This document shows, in pieces, positions 13,568 through 25,850 of a DNA stretch of 64,000 nucleotides. The notes under the pieces are model-generated. The model saw only the letters and a list, made by a program, of their open reading frames with translations. It made no database searches and was not told the DNA's origin. This stretch comes from Felis catus. Lineage: Eukaryota. Position 1 is the first letter of the stretch. Each line of letters starts with the position of its first letter. The position numbers and the translations under genes were made by a program. The stretch covers positions 26,476,001 through 26,540,000 of the forward strand of contig NC_058368.1 of assembly GCF_018350175.1 (NCBI RefSeq), in the 5' to 3' direction.

Positions 13568-13825
13568 TGTATTCGTTTGCTAGGGCTACCATAACAAATG
13601 ACGACAGTCTTGGTGTATAAAACAACAGAAACGTATTCTCTCACAGTTCTGGAGGTTACGTGTCTGAAATTAAGGTGTTGGGAAGGTTGGTTCTTCCTGG
13701 AGGCTCTGAGGGGGAATTCGTTTCACCCTCTCTCCTGGCTTCTGACCGCTCCTGGTGTTCCTTGGTCTGTAGCTGCATCAGCCCAATCTCTGCCCCCTTC
13801 TTCACATGGCCCTCTCTTTTCTGTG
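13568..13825 (-). mobile_element. MLT1 (MaLR) LTR fragment
   Basis: tgtattcgtttgctagggctaccataacaaa...aacaacagaaacgtattctctcacagttctggagg, characteristic MLT1 terminus. Confidence 0.8.
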
Positions 13826-13993
13826 ACTGATCAGAGGTTTCTGTCTGGAACTCCTGAATCCCTCAAACATAACAGAAGCCTAAATAAAACCTATGGCCGC
13901 ACCACCCTGTCCCATTTGCCTGCCAACAATTATACACCCACGTCTTCCTGCCTTTTGTCACAAGACTGCAGTGTTTTTAAAAAAGTAGAGGCT

Positions 13994-14225
13994 GGGGCGC
14001 CTGGGTGGCACAGTCGGTTAAGTGTCCGACTTCAGCAGGTCACGATCTTGCGGTCTGTGAGTTCGAGCCCCGCATCAGGCTCTGGGCTGATGGCTCGGAG
14101 CCTGGAGCCTGTTTCCGATTCTGTGTCTCCCTCTCTCTCTGCCCCTCCCCCGTTCATGCTCTGTCTCTCTCTGTCCCAACAATAAATTAAAAAAAAAAAC
14201 AAAACATTGAAAAAAAATTTTTAAT
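13994..14225 (+). mobile_element. Young feline Can-SINE
   Basis: Starts ggggcgcctgggtggc; TSD aaaaagtagaggct. Confidence 0.95.
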
Positions 14226-16419
14226 AAAAAAGTAGAGGCTTATACATCTTACTATCATTAATTCTGTCCACAGTTGTTGAATGTCCTTGAAGGGTGGTGG
14301 TAAGATACCCCGGGTGGAGGAGACGGGGAGGCATTTCAGGTGGGGAAACCATAAGGAGTAAAAGTTTGGTCCAGGTGAGGAACAGAGAATATTTTCTCTC
14401 TCTCCCTCTCTCTTTCTCATTTTCACCTTACAACAAGCTACAGAATTCACAAACTACCCATTCATATCTTGTTATCATCTACAGCAGTGACAGGTTGGTT
14501 TGGTTAGAGCTGGAGACAAGATACTTGCTGTGGAAGAGGTAGCTAGGCTGTGAGCAGAAAACCAGGCAGTTAACAAAAAGAGAGCTAAGATTTCCATTTC
14601 CCCCTTTGGCTCTTGGAGGAACCATATGAGGACTATGAAATCTGGAGTCACTGAAAGATGTAAGGCTGAATGTAAACTTTGGTAGTAGACTGGCCAACTA
14701 CTACTTCCTATGGGACTTGAGGTCCTTGGAAGAGAACCAGATTTCTGCGTGGTCCAGAATTTCTGGAAAATGGAACTAGAAATAGGTTCTGTTCCCACTT
14801 TTAATAAACCATAGAGTTCATGGTTTACTTTATCAATTAACATCTCAGGTGAATATACTGGTGGGGCTTGGGATGTGTTCTAGCTTTGAGTGATGAATCT
14901 GAAAAATATTTGGAGCCATGGTTAGCTGTCAGGCGAGGGTTTCCCATGAAGACCATCTCTTCATGACCCTCTTGTATACTTGCACCTTTCCCCCTCCAAA
15001 CCACGAGGTAAGGAGTACTCTTATTATCCCAAATACTTGAGAAGAGGGTCAAATGTGTGATGACTTTTCCACCAATTATATCAAGAAGAAAGACGGAAGA
15101 GGCAAAAATTTGGTCCTTTCCTGGTCATAAAGAAGGAGAGGGGTGGCATGTCTGAAATAATCCATGTGCTTTTTCCATCCACCGCCTTGAAAAAAAAAAG
15201 TAAAATATGAAACCACAGATAAGGAAGAACTTGAGGAAAAGAAATGAAATGTGAGGAATTATCTTGATGAATGACAAAAACATATCCCACCTGCAGAAGA
15301 AATGTTTCCAAGAATGTTGTGGGGAAAGAGGAAGAAACGGTGCAGTAACATCAATATCCATGTCTGTGGAGGCAGGAAACACTTTTTGAAAATTAAATTT
15401 TAAACAGATAGCAATGATTTTGGTATTGAGACACTTGAAAAACCCTGGATGAGTTTCAAGATTTTGCTTTCTAATATTCATCTTCTTTCCTTCTAGGGAG
15501 CAAAATTTATGAACTTCAGAATTAAATTTAAAGGATATAGTAGTTTGGTATGCTGGAAATCTTCACTAGCAAATACGCCAGACTTTAATAAAGGTGAGTC
15601 TGACATATTTCCATGAGAGAGAAAAGCATTTCTTCTTTTCAATCAGGAATATGAAATACATTTCATTAATTTTGATGCAATAAGAGACCCTCAGTTCACA
15701 TATTTTATTTAGCAAAAGGGCACAATATACCTTTCTTTTCTAATATCTGCTTGCTTTGAGAAATCATTTTGCCCTTCACACACAAATAAGAAGCACATCT
15801 CCAAGGGACATAAAATTTTAAACTATGTCCTCAACCAGGTGAATTGCAAAATGGATCACTCAATCCTTCCGACCAAGAAGAGATATTGTCATGGGAAGGT
15901 TCCCTTCCCAAGGCTGGGATGTGGAGTAGAGGCTTGGGGAAGGAGGGTAGACTTTTGTTGGAGCCAGTGATGAAAAGTTTGGGAGCATTCCACCCTGTGG
16001 TTGAAGGAAATACTCTCATCTAAAATAATACTCTTTTGACCAGGTGTGTCCACTGAATTCTGGGACTGCATAAGTGAGTGGGAACAAAAGCCAAGTCAAA
16101 GAAAGCACTCAAGGAGGGAAAAGAGAGGAGGGAGGAAATTTCCAGATGAGATTTGAAATGAGATCAAGAGTCGATGAGGCGAAGACATACAGGATGGCTG
16201 TTCCGAATGAGAGGAGCTGCAGAAGATGTCACTGCATATTTGTCTTTAGGAAGAAAATAAAGCTTAAGGGAACAGGAACACCGAATATTAAAAGTACTAC
16301 ATACAGTGCAAAACATTGTTTTGAAATCTGAAAATGATCTCAGAGTACAGATTTCATTTTAAATGGTTTTGTGCACGTGGTTTTCAAGAGTAAAGAAGTA
16401 ATTTTACACGGTGTGGTGG

Positions 16420-17098
16420 TGTAGTCGTTGAATTTATGGCCCCCAAATTGATATGTCTATATCCTAACCTATGAGCCTTATTGGGAAAAAGCATCTTTGC
16501 AGATATAATTAAGTTAAAGATTTTTTTTAATTAAGTTTATTTATTTATTTTGAGAGAGACAGAGGCAGCGCAAGTGGGGGAGGGACAGAGAGAGAGAGAG
16601 AGAGAGAGACAGAGAATCCCTAGCAGGCTCTGCATTGTCAGCATGGAGCCCGACCTAGGGCTCGAACTCACAAAACTGTAAGATCATGGCCTGAGATCAT
16701 GACCTGAGCCAAGAGTTGGATGCTTAACCGACTGAGCCACCCAGGTGCCCCTAAGTTAAAGATCTTTAGATGAGATAATCCTAGCTTACCTGGGTAGGCC
16801 CTAAATTCAGTGACAAGTGTCTTTATAAGAGGTAAAAGAGAAGATATGGACACACAGAGGGAAGAAAGCCTTGTCAAGACAGGCAGAGATGGTGGTGATG
16901 TAGCCACAAACCAGTGAGTGCCTGGGGCCACCAGAAGCTGGAAGAGGCAAAGAAAGATTCTCTCCTAGAGATTTCAGAGGGAGCATGCCCTGAAAACACC
17001 TCAACTTTGGACTTCTGGCCTCCAACTATAAGAGAATACAATTTTCTTGTTTTCAGCCACCCAGTGTGTGGAAATTTGTTATGGCAACTAAACAAATA
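16420..17098 (+). mobile_element. MLT1 (B/C-like) solo LTR interrupted by a SINE
   Basis: ccaccagaagctggaagaggcaaag...ttggacttctggcctcca...ttgttatggca; split by the SINE at 16522-16751. Confidence 0.85.
16522..16751 (-). mobile_element. Can-SINE nested in MLT1
   Basis: TSD taagttaaagat at 16510-16521 and 16752-16763. Confidence 0.94.
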
Positions 17099-17119
17099 TG
17101 GGTGCTTATGGCAGGGTTT

Positions 17120-17330
17120 TAGCATCCAGACAGACCTCGTTATGAGTTGTGGCCCCTCTTCTTCCTAACGGTTGTTTGCAAGGCTCTTAGCATCTCTAAA
17201 TATTAGCTTATGCATCAGTGAAATTGGTAAGACAATAGTAGCCACTTCATAGGTTGTGGGGACCAAAGGAGTCGATGTGTGGAAAGGATGGAACGCAGTG
17301 AATGGCACATAGTAGATATCCAGTAATGGC
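17120..17330 (+). mobile_element. MIR
   Basis: Degenerate core catcagtgaaattgg...cataggttgtggg...tggcacatagtaga. Confidence 0.55.
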
Positions 17331-18046
17331 GGCTGATATGATAGTGGTAATTATCTCCCTTACCCTGAGTCACTGGCATTGGTGCTTACACACAACCGAC
17401 TTGTGCTGGTTAGGAAGCCATTCTCTCTCTGCTCCAAACCTGCCTCCTGTGCTCCGTTCCCCTGGGCTGGGACTGGGGCTCTGCTAAGGGCATGTCTGCT
17501 TTGCCAATTAGCAGCCCTGCAGGGAGGCAGGAAGGGGAGAAGTTACTTGCCCTTTCTGTTTGCTTGCTTTTCCTGTCAGCGTCCCCATCAGGGACTTTTC
17601 ACCCTGGAAGCAGCACGCTTCCAGTTAGTTGCAGTTTCCAGCCTCTTTCAGAATTCCCCAAAGCAGCACCATCGCACAGGCGTGCTCTGAGGGACCAGCC
17701 CCAGCCAGGCAGTGCCCCCTCCTAAGTCTGAGGCCTAGCTCTGGGGCATTCTCCAAGCTTCCAGGGTCGGCCTCCCCGAGTCCCCTCTCTGTGTTCCTGC
17801 AGCCCTAGAGGTGCTCGTTGGCTACTTCCTGCAGTTACCAGCTTTCTTTATACCTCAGGGTTCCCTGTTTTCTTCAGTGCCCCAATACCTGTTCAAACAA
17901 CTCTCTATAGTAAATTCTCTTGGTTCAAATACTAATGGAGTTCCTGTTTTCTGACCGTGCCCTAGAGATGACACTCTCTGTGGGTTTCTTGGTTTCCTAT
18001 GTGTGTGGGGGAAATGATGGATACAGCCTAACAGGCACTGAATTGA

Positions 18047-18250
18047 AATCAGCAAGACTTGAGTTTGTATCTTGGCTCCCTTACCTTCCAGATGAGAAAT
18101 CTTAGCCAAAATGCTTGGCTTCTTTGAGAGTCCAATTTTCTTATTTGTGAAATGGGATTAATGATGTTTATCTTGTAGGGTTATGTGTAGTTGAATGAGA
18201 TAATGTCTAAAAAGTGCCTGGCACCTAACAGATGTTCAAGAGACGTTGCC
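18047..18250 (+). mobile_element. MIR
   Basis: ttttcttatttgtgaaatgggattaatga...aatgagataatg...tgcctggcac. Confidence 0.7.
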
Positions 18251-20009
18251 TATCATTTTATGTGCGTTATAAATACAGCTTTGTGCCTTTATACCTCTTA
18301 CAGGTTCCTCTGCTTTTTACTGCTGAGCATATGAGCTCCTCTGGCAAGTCTAGGCTCTCTTACTGTGGCTTCTCTGGTTCGTTTAGAGTGTTTGTTTTAG
18401 ATGAGAAGGCTGCAGTTCTGTTGTATTAATTAGCTTGACTCTCACTGATTTAAGAGGGAGGGGTAGTTGTGAGTATGATGGAGGTGACTTTAAAATGCAC
18501 AATAAATTAGCATGAAAGCAATACCCCTATTGGGAGTATTTTGGGAGCCTTTTGATAGCCTGGTGCTCAGCCTCCTTCACTCAGCACTCTCTCCCATGTA
18601 AATGTGCTCCTGACTTTTAGAAGCATATTCAGGAAGAGGCTGTGACATCTTGGGGGTAGTGGAATGTGAATTAAAAACTCAAGGAATACAATCTAACTGG
18701 GACTATTTTCCTAAGACTTAGTTAAAATTCACTTGAAGCCACTCCCATGTTTAACGACTATTTCAATGTCAAAGAACATGGTTTACAAGTCATCAAACAT
18801 TCTCTGGGCACTTAAGGAAGCATTCTGCAGGCGCTGCCAGGATTGAAATCACACAAAAGCTGTGGTCTTAGCTGGTGTGGGGATTGTAATGGGAGACCAA
18901 ACTGACAGGCCCAGACACAAATGTAATATCTGCATATGTAGTTCCTCTAGAGTCCAAGATTTTCTGGAACTCCCAGGAAGATTCCTGAACTGCCAGGTAA
19001 AGTGCCTGGGGCATAGGTACCACCACTGCAAAGCATTTTTCAGAGTCTGTTGAGAATTATTTCTCCCATTCCGTCTTGCCACCCCCAAGTGACCCCAATG
19101 CCCTAAGACTGCTGCCAGGCATCATCATGTCAACTCACAGGAGGCTTGATCGATCCACTTGGCTCCCAATTACTTCCCCTTCTCCCCCATCAAAATGTGC
19201 CAACCCTACGCTTTCAGGACTCTGCTTTCTTTATATGAGAACATTCAGTCAGTGAGCTGTATGAACCACGCATATCACGAGACACTGGGCTAGGCCTATT
19301 GACATAAAGGTACGTGTGCCATATATTCTGGTGTTAAGGAGTTCATAGTCCTAGTAGGAGACAGGTGAACAATGTGTGTATATCAGACACACAATGGGTT
19401 CTAGGATGGTGAAACACAAAGAAGAAATGGCTATTCTAGCAAGGACATGGTGAGAAACGGTTTCAGACACACTTCAAAATGGGTACCAGGGCAGTGCTGC
19501 AAGTTTTAAGAAATATGAATTTGAAGGGTGAGGAAAGGGAGATTCCAGGCACTATGGCAGAATAGAATATGGGAAGACAAAATTTTGAAACTCAAAATAC
19601 GGATGCATGGCAAGTTTTAACCTCAGGGGACCGAGAGAGGAAGAGGCGACAGGCTGGGGTAAAGACAGGCTGGTTGGCACAGAACGCAGGAAAATGGATC
19701 CTTGTTTTAAACGATCTTTGTTTCACACCTCATAGCCATGTCCTTAGTGTTTCGGCCAGGTATTTTGCACTGCTTCCTCTAATGTCTTTTTACCACAGGC
19801 TTCTCAACGATCATGTCATGCTTGTTGAAAAGGTGCCACACTTGGAGAAAGTGTTCAGGAAAAGCAACAGAGCCCCGCACCCCTATCATCAGCTGGTTTA
19901 CTGTGCTCCTCCCTACCTTCCATCCCAGGATATAAGATCTAAAGACATCCTTTGGTCATCTACTGCGACATGATTCCATGCGAGTCAAAATAAGAAGCAA
20001 ATGGCGCTT

Positions 20010-20960
20010 TTTAACAAACATTTACTATTTTCTAAGCACCGTGTCAGCTGCTTTGGAGGCAAATAAAAGTGGGAATCAGTCCCTCCCGTTAAGAGCTTGT
20101 GCTTTTCGTTGGGAAGCCAGACTTATACATGGATTTTCATATAATATGGTTATGGACAAGGGAGAGGGATGCAGAGGATGCCTTAGGGGGTGTGAAGGAC
20201 AGCACTCAGCTTGAGCTTCTGAGAAGGCTTCAAGAAGTGATGGAGGCTGAGCTGAGTGTTGAAAGGTGAGTAAAGGGTAGCTATGTCAACAAACGATAGA
20301 CAGAAATTCCAGGCTAAAGAGTGTGAGCAACAGCAAGGAAACTTGAAACCACAGAATGTTTGTTAGGAGCTACAGGTGCTTTAGCAAGATTAGAGCATAC
20401 ATTGTGAGGCAGGGAGAGGCAGAAGAGGAAATTAGAAGGGTACAGGCCAGTTCGTGCAGGACCAGTAGGCCACGCAAGGAGCTTAACTTTGTTCTGCCAT
20501 GTCGGAAAGCCGTAGAGTGATTTTATGTTGAGGATGGCATGCTTTGGTATCAGCTAACTGCAAAACAGAGGATGAATCTGAGTGCGGAGGGTGTCCAGAC
20601 TGGAACAGGGAGTCAGTTAGAAGTCTTGCGTAATAGTGCAGGTGAGAGCTGAGCTCCTGAGCTAAGGAAGGGGAGGGAGGGTGGAGTGGGGAGAAGGAGA
20701 CAAGTCTAAGGGCCATTTAGGAGACAAAGAAGCAATTGGATTTCATGACAGATTGGCAAAGGCGAGGAGATAAGGGAGAAAGCAGGATGAATTACGTTGC
20801 AGCTTGGCTGAACGCGTGAGCAGAGGTTTGGTGAGCTGAGACTGGGAATATAAGAGGGAGAAGAGAATTTTGAGGAGGGAGGAGAAGGCTTGAATATTTA
20901 ATACTTGGAGGACCTGAAAAAGGCCATGCTCAGCAGGGAGTTGGACATATAACCTGAAAC
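20010..20960 (-). mobile_element. L2 LINE fragment
   Basis: aacaaacatttact start followed by a long purine-rich L2-like body (gagctgagtgttgaaagg, taatagtgcaggtgagag, gagttggacatat). Confidence 0.65.
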
Positions 20961-21289
20961 TCTGAAGACAGCCAAAGTGACTTGTAAGCATGCTCAGCAC
21001 AAGTGGAAAATACAGTTGGGGGAGTGGCTGGAATCACGCACAAAGGGAACAACTGGAGACAGAGAGAATAACACGTCAGTTATCCTTTCCCTCGAGGGAA
21101 TGTATAGTCAACTGGGGGAGAAAGACTTGAGAACACAAAGCACTGTAATACAAGGAACCATGCAATAATCCCTATAATTACAGCAACTTTATTTTCCAGG
21201 TCAAATACCGGACCATGTGGTTTCACCAATGTCCAGCCACAGACACAGTTTTTGAAGACAGCTGTGTCAGAAATCCAGTGGCCTTAGTT

Positions 21290-21388
21290 GTTTTGTTGTT
21301 GTTGTTGTTTTGTGTTTTTTTTTTTTTTTTTTAGTTTATTTACTTTGAGAGAGAGAGAGAAAGAGAACTGGGGAAGGGCAAAGAGACG

Positions 21389-21438
<50 letters not shown>

Positions 21439-21564
21439 CCCAAGCAGGCTCCATACTGCCAGCACAGAGCCCAATGTGGGGCTCGAACTCAGGAACTGTG
21501 AGATCATGACCTGAGCTGAAATCTAGAGTTGGACACTTAACCAACTGAGCCACCCAGGCGCCCC
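21290..21564 (-). mobile_element. Can-SINE with (GA)n and (GTT)n-type tail
   Basis: SINEC body ending cacccaggcgcccc; flanking gccttagtt repeated. Confidence 0.92.
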
Positions 21565-22189
21565 ATGGTTGCCTTAGTTTTACTAGAAGTACACTTAGAA
21601 GTGTCTCTAAAGTGCAGCATAAGAAGAAATTCATGGGGAAAGAGGAATTTGAGTTAATCCCTGAAAGGGGACTTGTGAAATCTCAATTCTACCTATATTT
21701 AATGCTGTTTCCCTTGAATACTGTGTCATCCTGGAGCCACCAAGAGTAGGGTTGACCCTGGTGAAAAAGAGAGTCCTGTAGCAAGCAGGCTGCCTAAAAG
21801 TCTTTAGATGAGATATGTTTTTGGGCTCCATGTTCTCTTTTGGTCTTCTGGGACCCAGCAATTTGAACAGCATTATCATTTCCCATCCTGTGTTAACCAA
21901 CAGAGATAAACCCAAATGGATACAATTAATGAATTCCATTATTTACAAACGCAGTGGGATCTTCACTGAGTTCAAGTCATAATACAGAGTATATTTACTT
22001 GCAGGATAAATGGGTTGTCAATGAGCTAGCACCCCACCCCTCACATTTGCTTCATGAATTGTTTTGTGTGAGTTGCTTGCTTCCCCCAAGTTTAGTGCAT
22101 GAGCTTCTTAGAGAGAGATGAGAAAAATACGGATAGCAGAGAAATGCAAAATGTCTGTCTCCTCTGCCTGGTTTTATGAACCTCAATAT

Positions 22190-23030
22190 TTTAGTATAAG
22201 AAATTTGAAATCTTCAAAAAGTTTCAAGAAGAGTACACTATCTACGCTTTACTTGCCTTCACCAATATTAACATTTTATAACATTTGCTTCCTCTCTCTC
22301 TCTCTCTTTGTGTAGCATACATAGCTCGGTTTGTTGTTGTTGTTGTTGTTGTTGAACCACTTGAAAGTTAGTTGTAGGCATCATGAGCATTCATCCCCAA
22401 ATACTTCATCATTTATATCTTATTAAAAGGGGCATTATTCGGGGCGCCTGGGTGGCTCAGTCGGTTAAGTGACCGACTTCGGCTCAGGTCACGATCTCGC
22501 GGTATGTGAGTTAGAGCTCCGTATCGGGCTCTGTGCTGACTGCTCAGAGCCTGGAGCCTGTTTGAGATTCTGTGTCTCCCTCTCTCTCTGACCCTCCCCC
22601 ATTCATGCTCTGTCTCTCTCTGTCTCAAAAATAAATAAATGTTAAAAAAAAAATTAAAAAAAAAGGGGCATTATTCTACATACTGCAATACTACCTTCCC
22701 ACTCGGAAATGTAACATTTGTACCACACTATTATCTAATAGGCAGCTCCCATTCAAATTCCCTCAAAGTTCCCACTAAGGTTTTTTACCACCTTTTTTTT
22801 TTTTTAGTTATATTTTCAAATTCCAGAACCTAATGCAAGACCATCCATTGTCTTTAGCTGTCATGTGTCTTGGGTCCTCTTTAGTTTAGAAACCAGTCCC
22901 CTTGCTCTTTTGTAGTTTTCCAGACATGAAGATTTTAGAAGCGTCCAGGCCACTTGCTTTTCAAACCCTCCATTTGGATTTTTCTGATTGTTTCCTCATG
23001 GTTCGATTCAGGTTACACATGTGGGTAAGA
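22190..23030 (-). mobile_element. Old L1M 3' fragment interrupted by a SINE
   Basis: tgaaccacttgaaagttagttgtaggcatcatg...ccccaaatacttca, resembling L1MC/ME 3'UTR text. Confidence 0.6.
22441..22660 (+). mobile_element. Feline Can-SINE
   Basis: Perfect 16-bp TSD aaaaggggcattattc. Confidence 0.96.
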
Positions 23031-24324
23031 CTGGCTATTGAGCTCCTGAGAGAGGGTTAGGGGCCGAACCAGAAGAGCTGTGTGATTGGCAGTCTGGCCC
23101 AGGCAAGAGAGTGCTTCCTGACCAGATGCATCTCAGTCTGGCTCCAGGGCACTGAGGGCCAAGCAGCCTGGGTGTGATTGCCAGTATAGAGCTTTGGTGT
23201 ACAGATGTGACTAGGGTCAGTGGCACAAAGCAGACCAGGGACAGCTCTTTGGAACAGCTATCATGGACTCATAAGAGCACAGCAAGAGGCTAAGAAGGGC
23301 AGTCGGGGCCAGGCCAGAGAGCAGCAGCACCCCTGAAGTGCACCCATCTCCCCTGTGGTTCCAGTAATACTGGAGACTGGTGTCCTTCTGGGTGGAAGTT
23401 TTTACGATACTCTTCCTGATTAACCAATAGGGTAGCAGTCCAATAGTCAGGTGAATGTTGGGGTTTACCATTTGGAGAGGAGGAGGATACTGCTTAGGAT
23501 GGGGAATGAATGAGTACCTGGAAGAAACTACCATGATTTTCATTTTTCTGAGAGAAGTAGAGGCCACTGTGGCAAGGGGTGAAAGAGAGGGACAGAAATG
23601 TATTCTAATCGGACATCTTATGCAAACTTATTTCTAGTAGAATTTTTATCACTAGAGGTGCATGATAAAACAGGAAAGACACCCTTGTATTTCCTTCTAA
23701 TGGTGATATTTCCTGTTTCATTGATCATTTCCGTTGATCTTTCCATTGATCGTTTTGAGAATGTATGTAAAGCAAAGAACACTTCCTTCTGTGCCCACCA
23801 TTGAGACGCTAGGTCATCTGTCTGCCCTGCTCCCTTGTGACTTTGCCCTGAGCAAGCTCTGTGAGCATTCATTGCTTCCGGGTAGGGAAGGAGATAAAAG
23901 TGGAAACTATTGTTTTTTTGACAAATACGTTTCCTTTGCTGTGCAAAACCGTTTTATTTTGGTGTAGTCTCAATAGTTTATTTTTGCTTTTGTTTCCCTT
24001 GCGTGAAGAGACATATCCATAAATACATTGCTAGGGCCCATATCCAAGAGATTACTGCTTATGTTTTCTTTCAGGAATTTTATGGTTTCAGGTCTCACAT
24101 TTAGGTCTTTAATCCATTTTGAGTTAATTTTGTATATGGTGAAACAAAGTGGTCGAGTTTCATTCTTTTGCATGTAGTTGTCCAGTTTTTCCAACACCAT
24201 TTATAGAAGAGACTATCTTTCCCCATTGTATATTCTTGCTTCCTTTATTATAGATCCATTGACTATATACGTGTGGGTTTATTTCTTGACTCTCTATCCT
24301 GTTCCATTGATCTATGTGTCTGTT

Positions 24325-24524
24325 GGGGCGCCTGGGTGGTGCAGTCGGTTAAGCGTCCGACTTCAGCCAGGTCACGATCTCATGGTCCGTGAGTTCGAGC
24401 CCCGCGTCAGGCTCTGGGCTGATGGCTTAGAGCCTGGAGCCTGTTTCCGATTCTGTGTCTCCCTCTCTCTCTGCCCCTCCCTCGTTCATGCTCTGTCTCT
24501 CTCTGTCCCAAAAATAAATAAAAA
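24325..24524 (+). mobile_element. Young feline Can-SINE in L1
   Basis: 20-bp TSD cattgatctatgtgtctgtt. Confidence 0.95.
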
Positions 24525-24967
24525 CATTGATCTATGTGTCTGTTTATGGGCCAATACCATATGGTTTTGATTACTATACCTTGGATCTGTGATTATGATA
24601 CCCCCAGCCTTGTTCTTCTTTTTTCAAGATTGTTTTGGCTATTCAGGGTCTTCTGTGGTTTCATATAAACAAAAAAAGCAACATACTGAATGGGAGAAGA
24701 TATTTGCAAATGATATATTAGGTAAGGGGTTAATATCCAAAATATATAAAGAACTTATACAACTCAACACCAAAAAACCCCAAGGAAGCCAATTAAAAAT
24801 AGGCAGAGAATCAAAAGGACATTTGTCCAGAGAAGACATACGAATGCAACAGACGTATGAAAAGATGCTCAACATCACCAATTACGAGGGCAGTGCAAAT
24901 CAAAACCACAATGAGATATCACCTTGTTCCAGTCAGAATGGCTAGTATCAAAAAGACAAGCGATATC

Positions 24968-25185
24968 GGGGCGCCTGGGTGGCGCAGTCGGTTGAGCGTC
25001 CGACCTCAGCCAGGTCACGATCTTGTGGTCCGTGAGTTCGAGCCCCGCGTCAGGCTCTGGGCTGATGGCTCAGAGCCTGGAGCCTGTTTCCAATTCTGTG
25101 TCTCCCTCTCTCTCTGCCCCTCCCCCGTTCATGCTCTGTCTCTCTCTGTCCCAAAAATAAATAAACGTTGAAAAAAAATTTTTTA
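24968..25185 (+). mobile_element. Young feline Can-SINE in L1
   Basis: TSD aaaaagacaagc(g/a)atatc. Confidence 0.95.
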
Positions 25186-25480
25186 AAAAAGACAAGCAAT
25201 ATCAAGTGTTGCCAAGGATGTGGAGAAAAAGGAACCCTTGTGCACTGTTGGTGAGAATGTAAATTGGTGTAACCACTGTGGAAAACAGCATAGAAATGCG
25301 TCAAAAAATTAAAGATAGAAATGCCTCCATATGATCCAGTAATTCCACTACTGAATATTTACCCGAAGAAAACAAAAACCTAATTTGAAAAGATATATGC
25401 ACCCCTGTTTATTACAGCATCATTTATAATAGCCATGATATGGAAGCAACCCAAGTGTCCATCAAATAAATGAATGAATA

Positions 25481-25700
25481 GGGGCGCCTGGGTGGCACAG
25501 TCGGTTAAGCGTCCAACTTCAGCCAGGTCACGATCTCACGGTCCGTGAGTTCGAGCCCCGCGTCAGGCTCTGGGCTGATGGCTCAGAGCCTGGAGCCTGT
25601 TTCCGATTCTGTGTCTCCCTCTCTCTCTGCCCCTCCCCCGTTCATGCTCTGTCTCTCTCTGTCCCAAAAATAAATAAACGTTGAAAAAAAAATTTAAAAA
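25481..25700 (+). mobile_element. Young feline Can-SINE in L1
   Basis: TSD aaatgaatgaata. Confidence 0.95.
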
Positions 25701-25724
25701 AAATGAATGAATAAAGAAGATGTG

Positions 25725-25850
25725 ATATACATACATATATATATTATATATATAATATAATATAAATAATTATATGTATATATAATATATATAATTATAA
25801 TATAGTATAATATATAATATCTATATATATATAATAGATATATATAATAG
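25725..25850. repeat. (TA)-rich low-complexity expansion inside L1
   Basis: Seen directly. Confidence 0.85.

Noticed and set aside
13598..14185. Longest ORF in the track (195 aa)
   Set aside because: Runs through an MLT1 LTR and a SINE; chance open frame
22441..22530. tRNA-like A/B boxes at SINE heads
   Set aside because: Part of the tRNA-derived SINE, not tRNA genes
23970..24945. Reverse-transcriptase-associated ORF2-like peptides
   Set aside because: Frameshifted, SINE-interrupted L1 remnants, not a functional CDS
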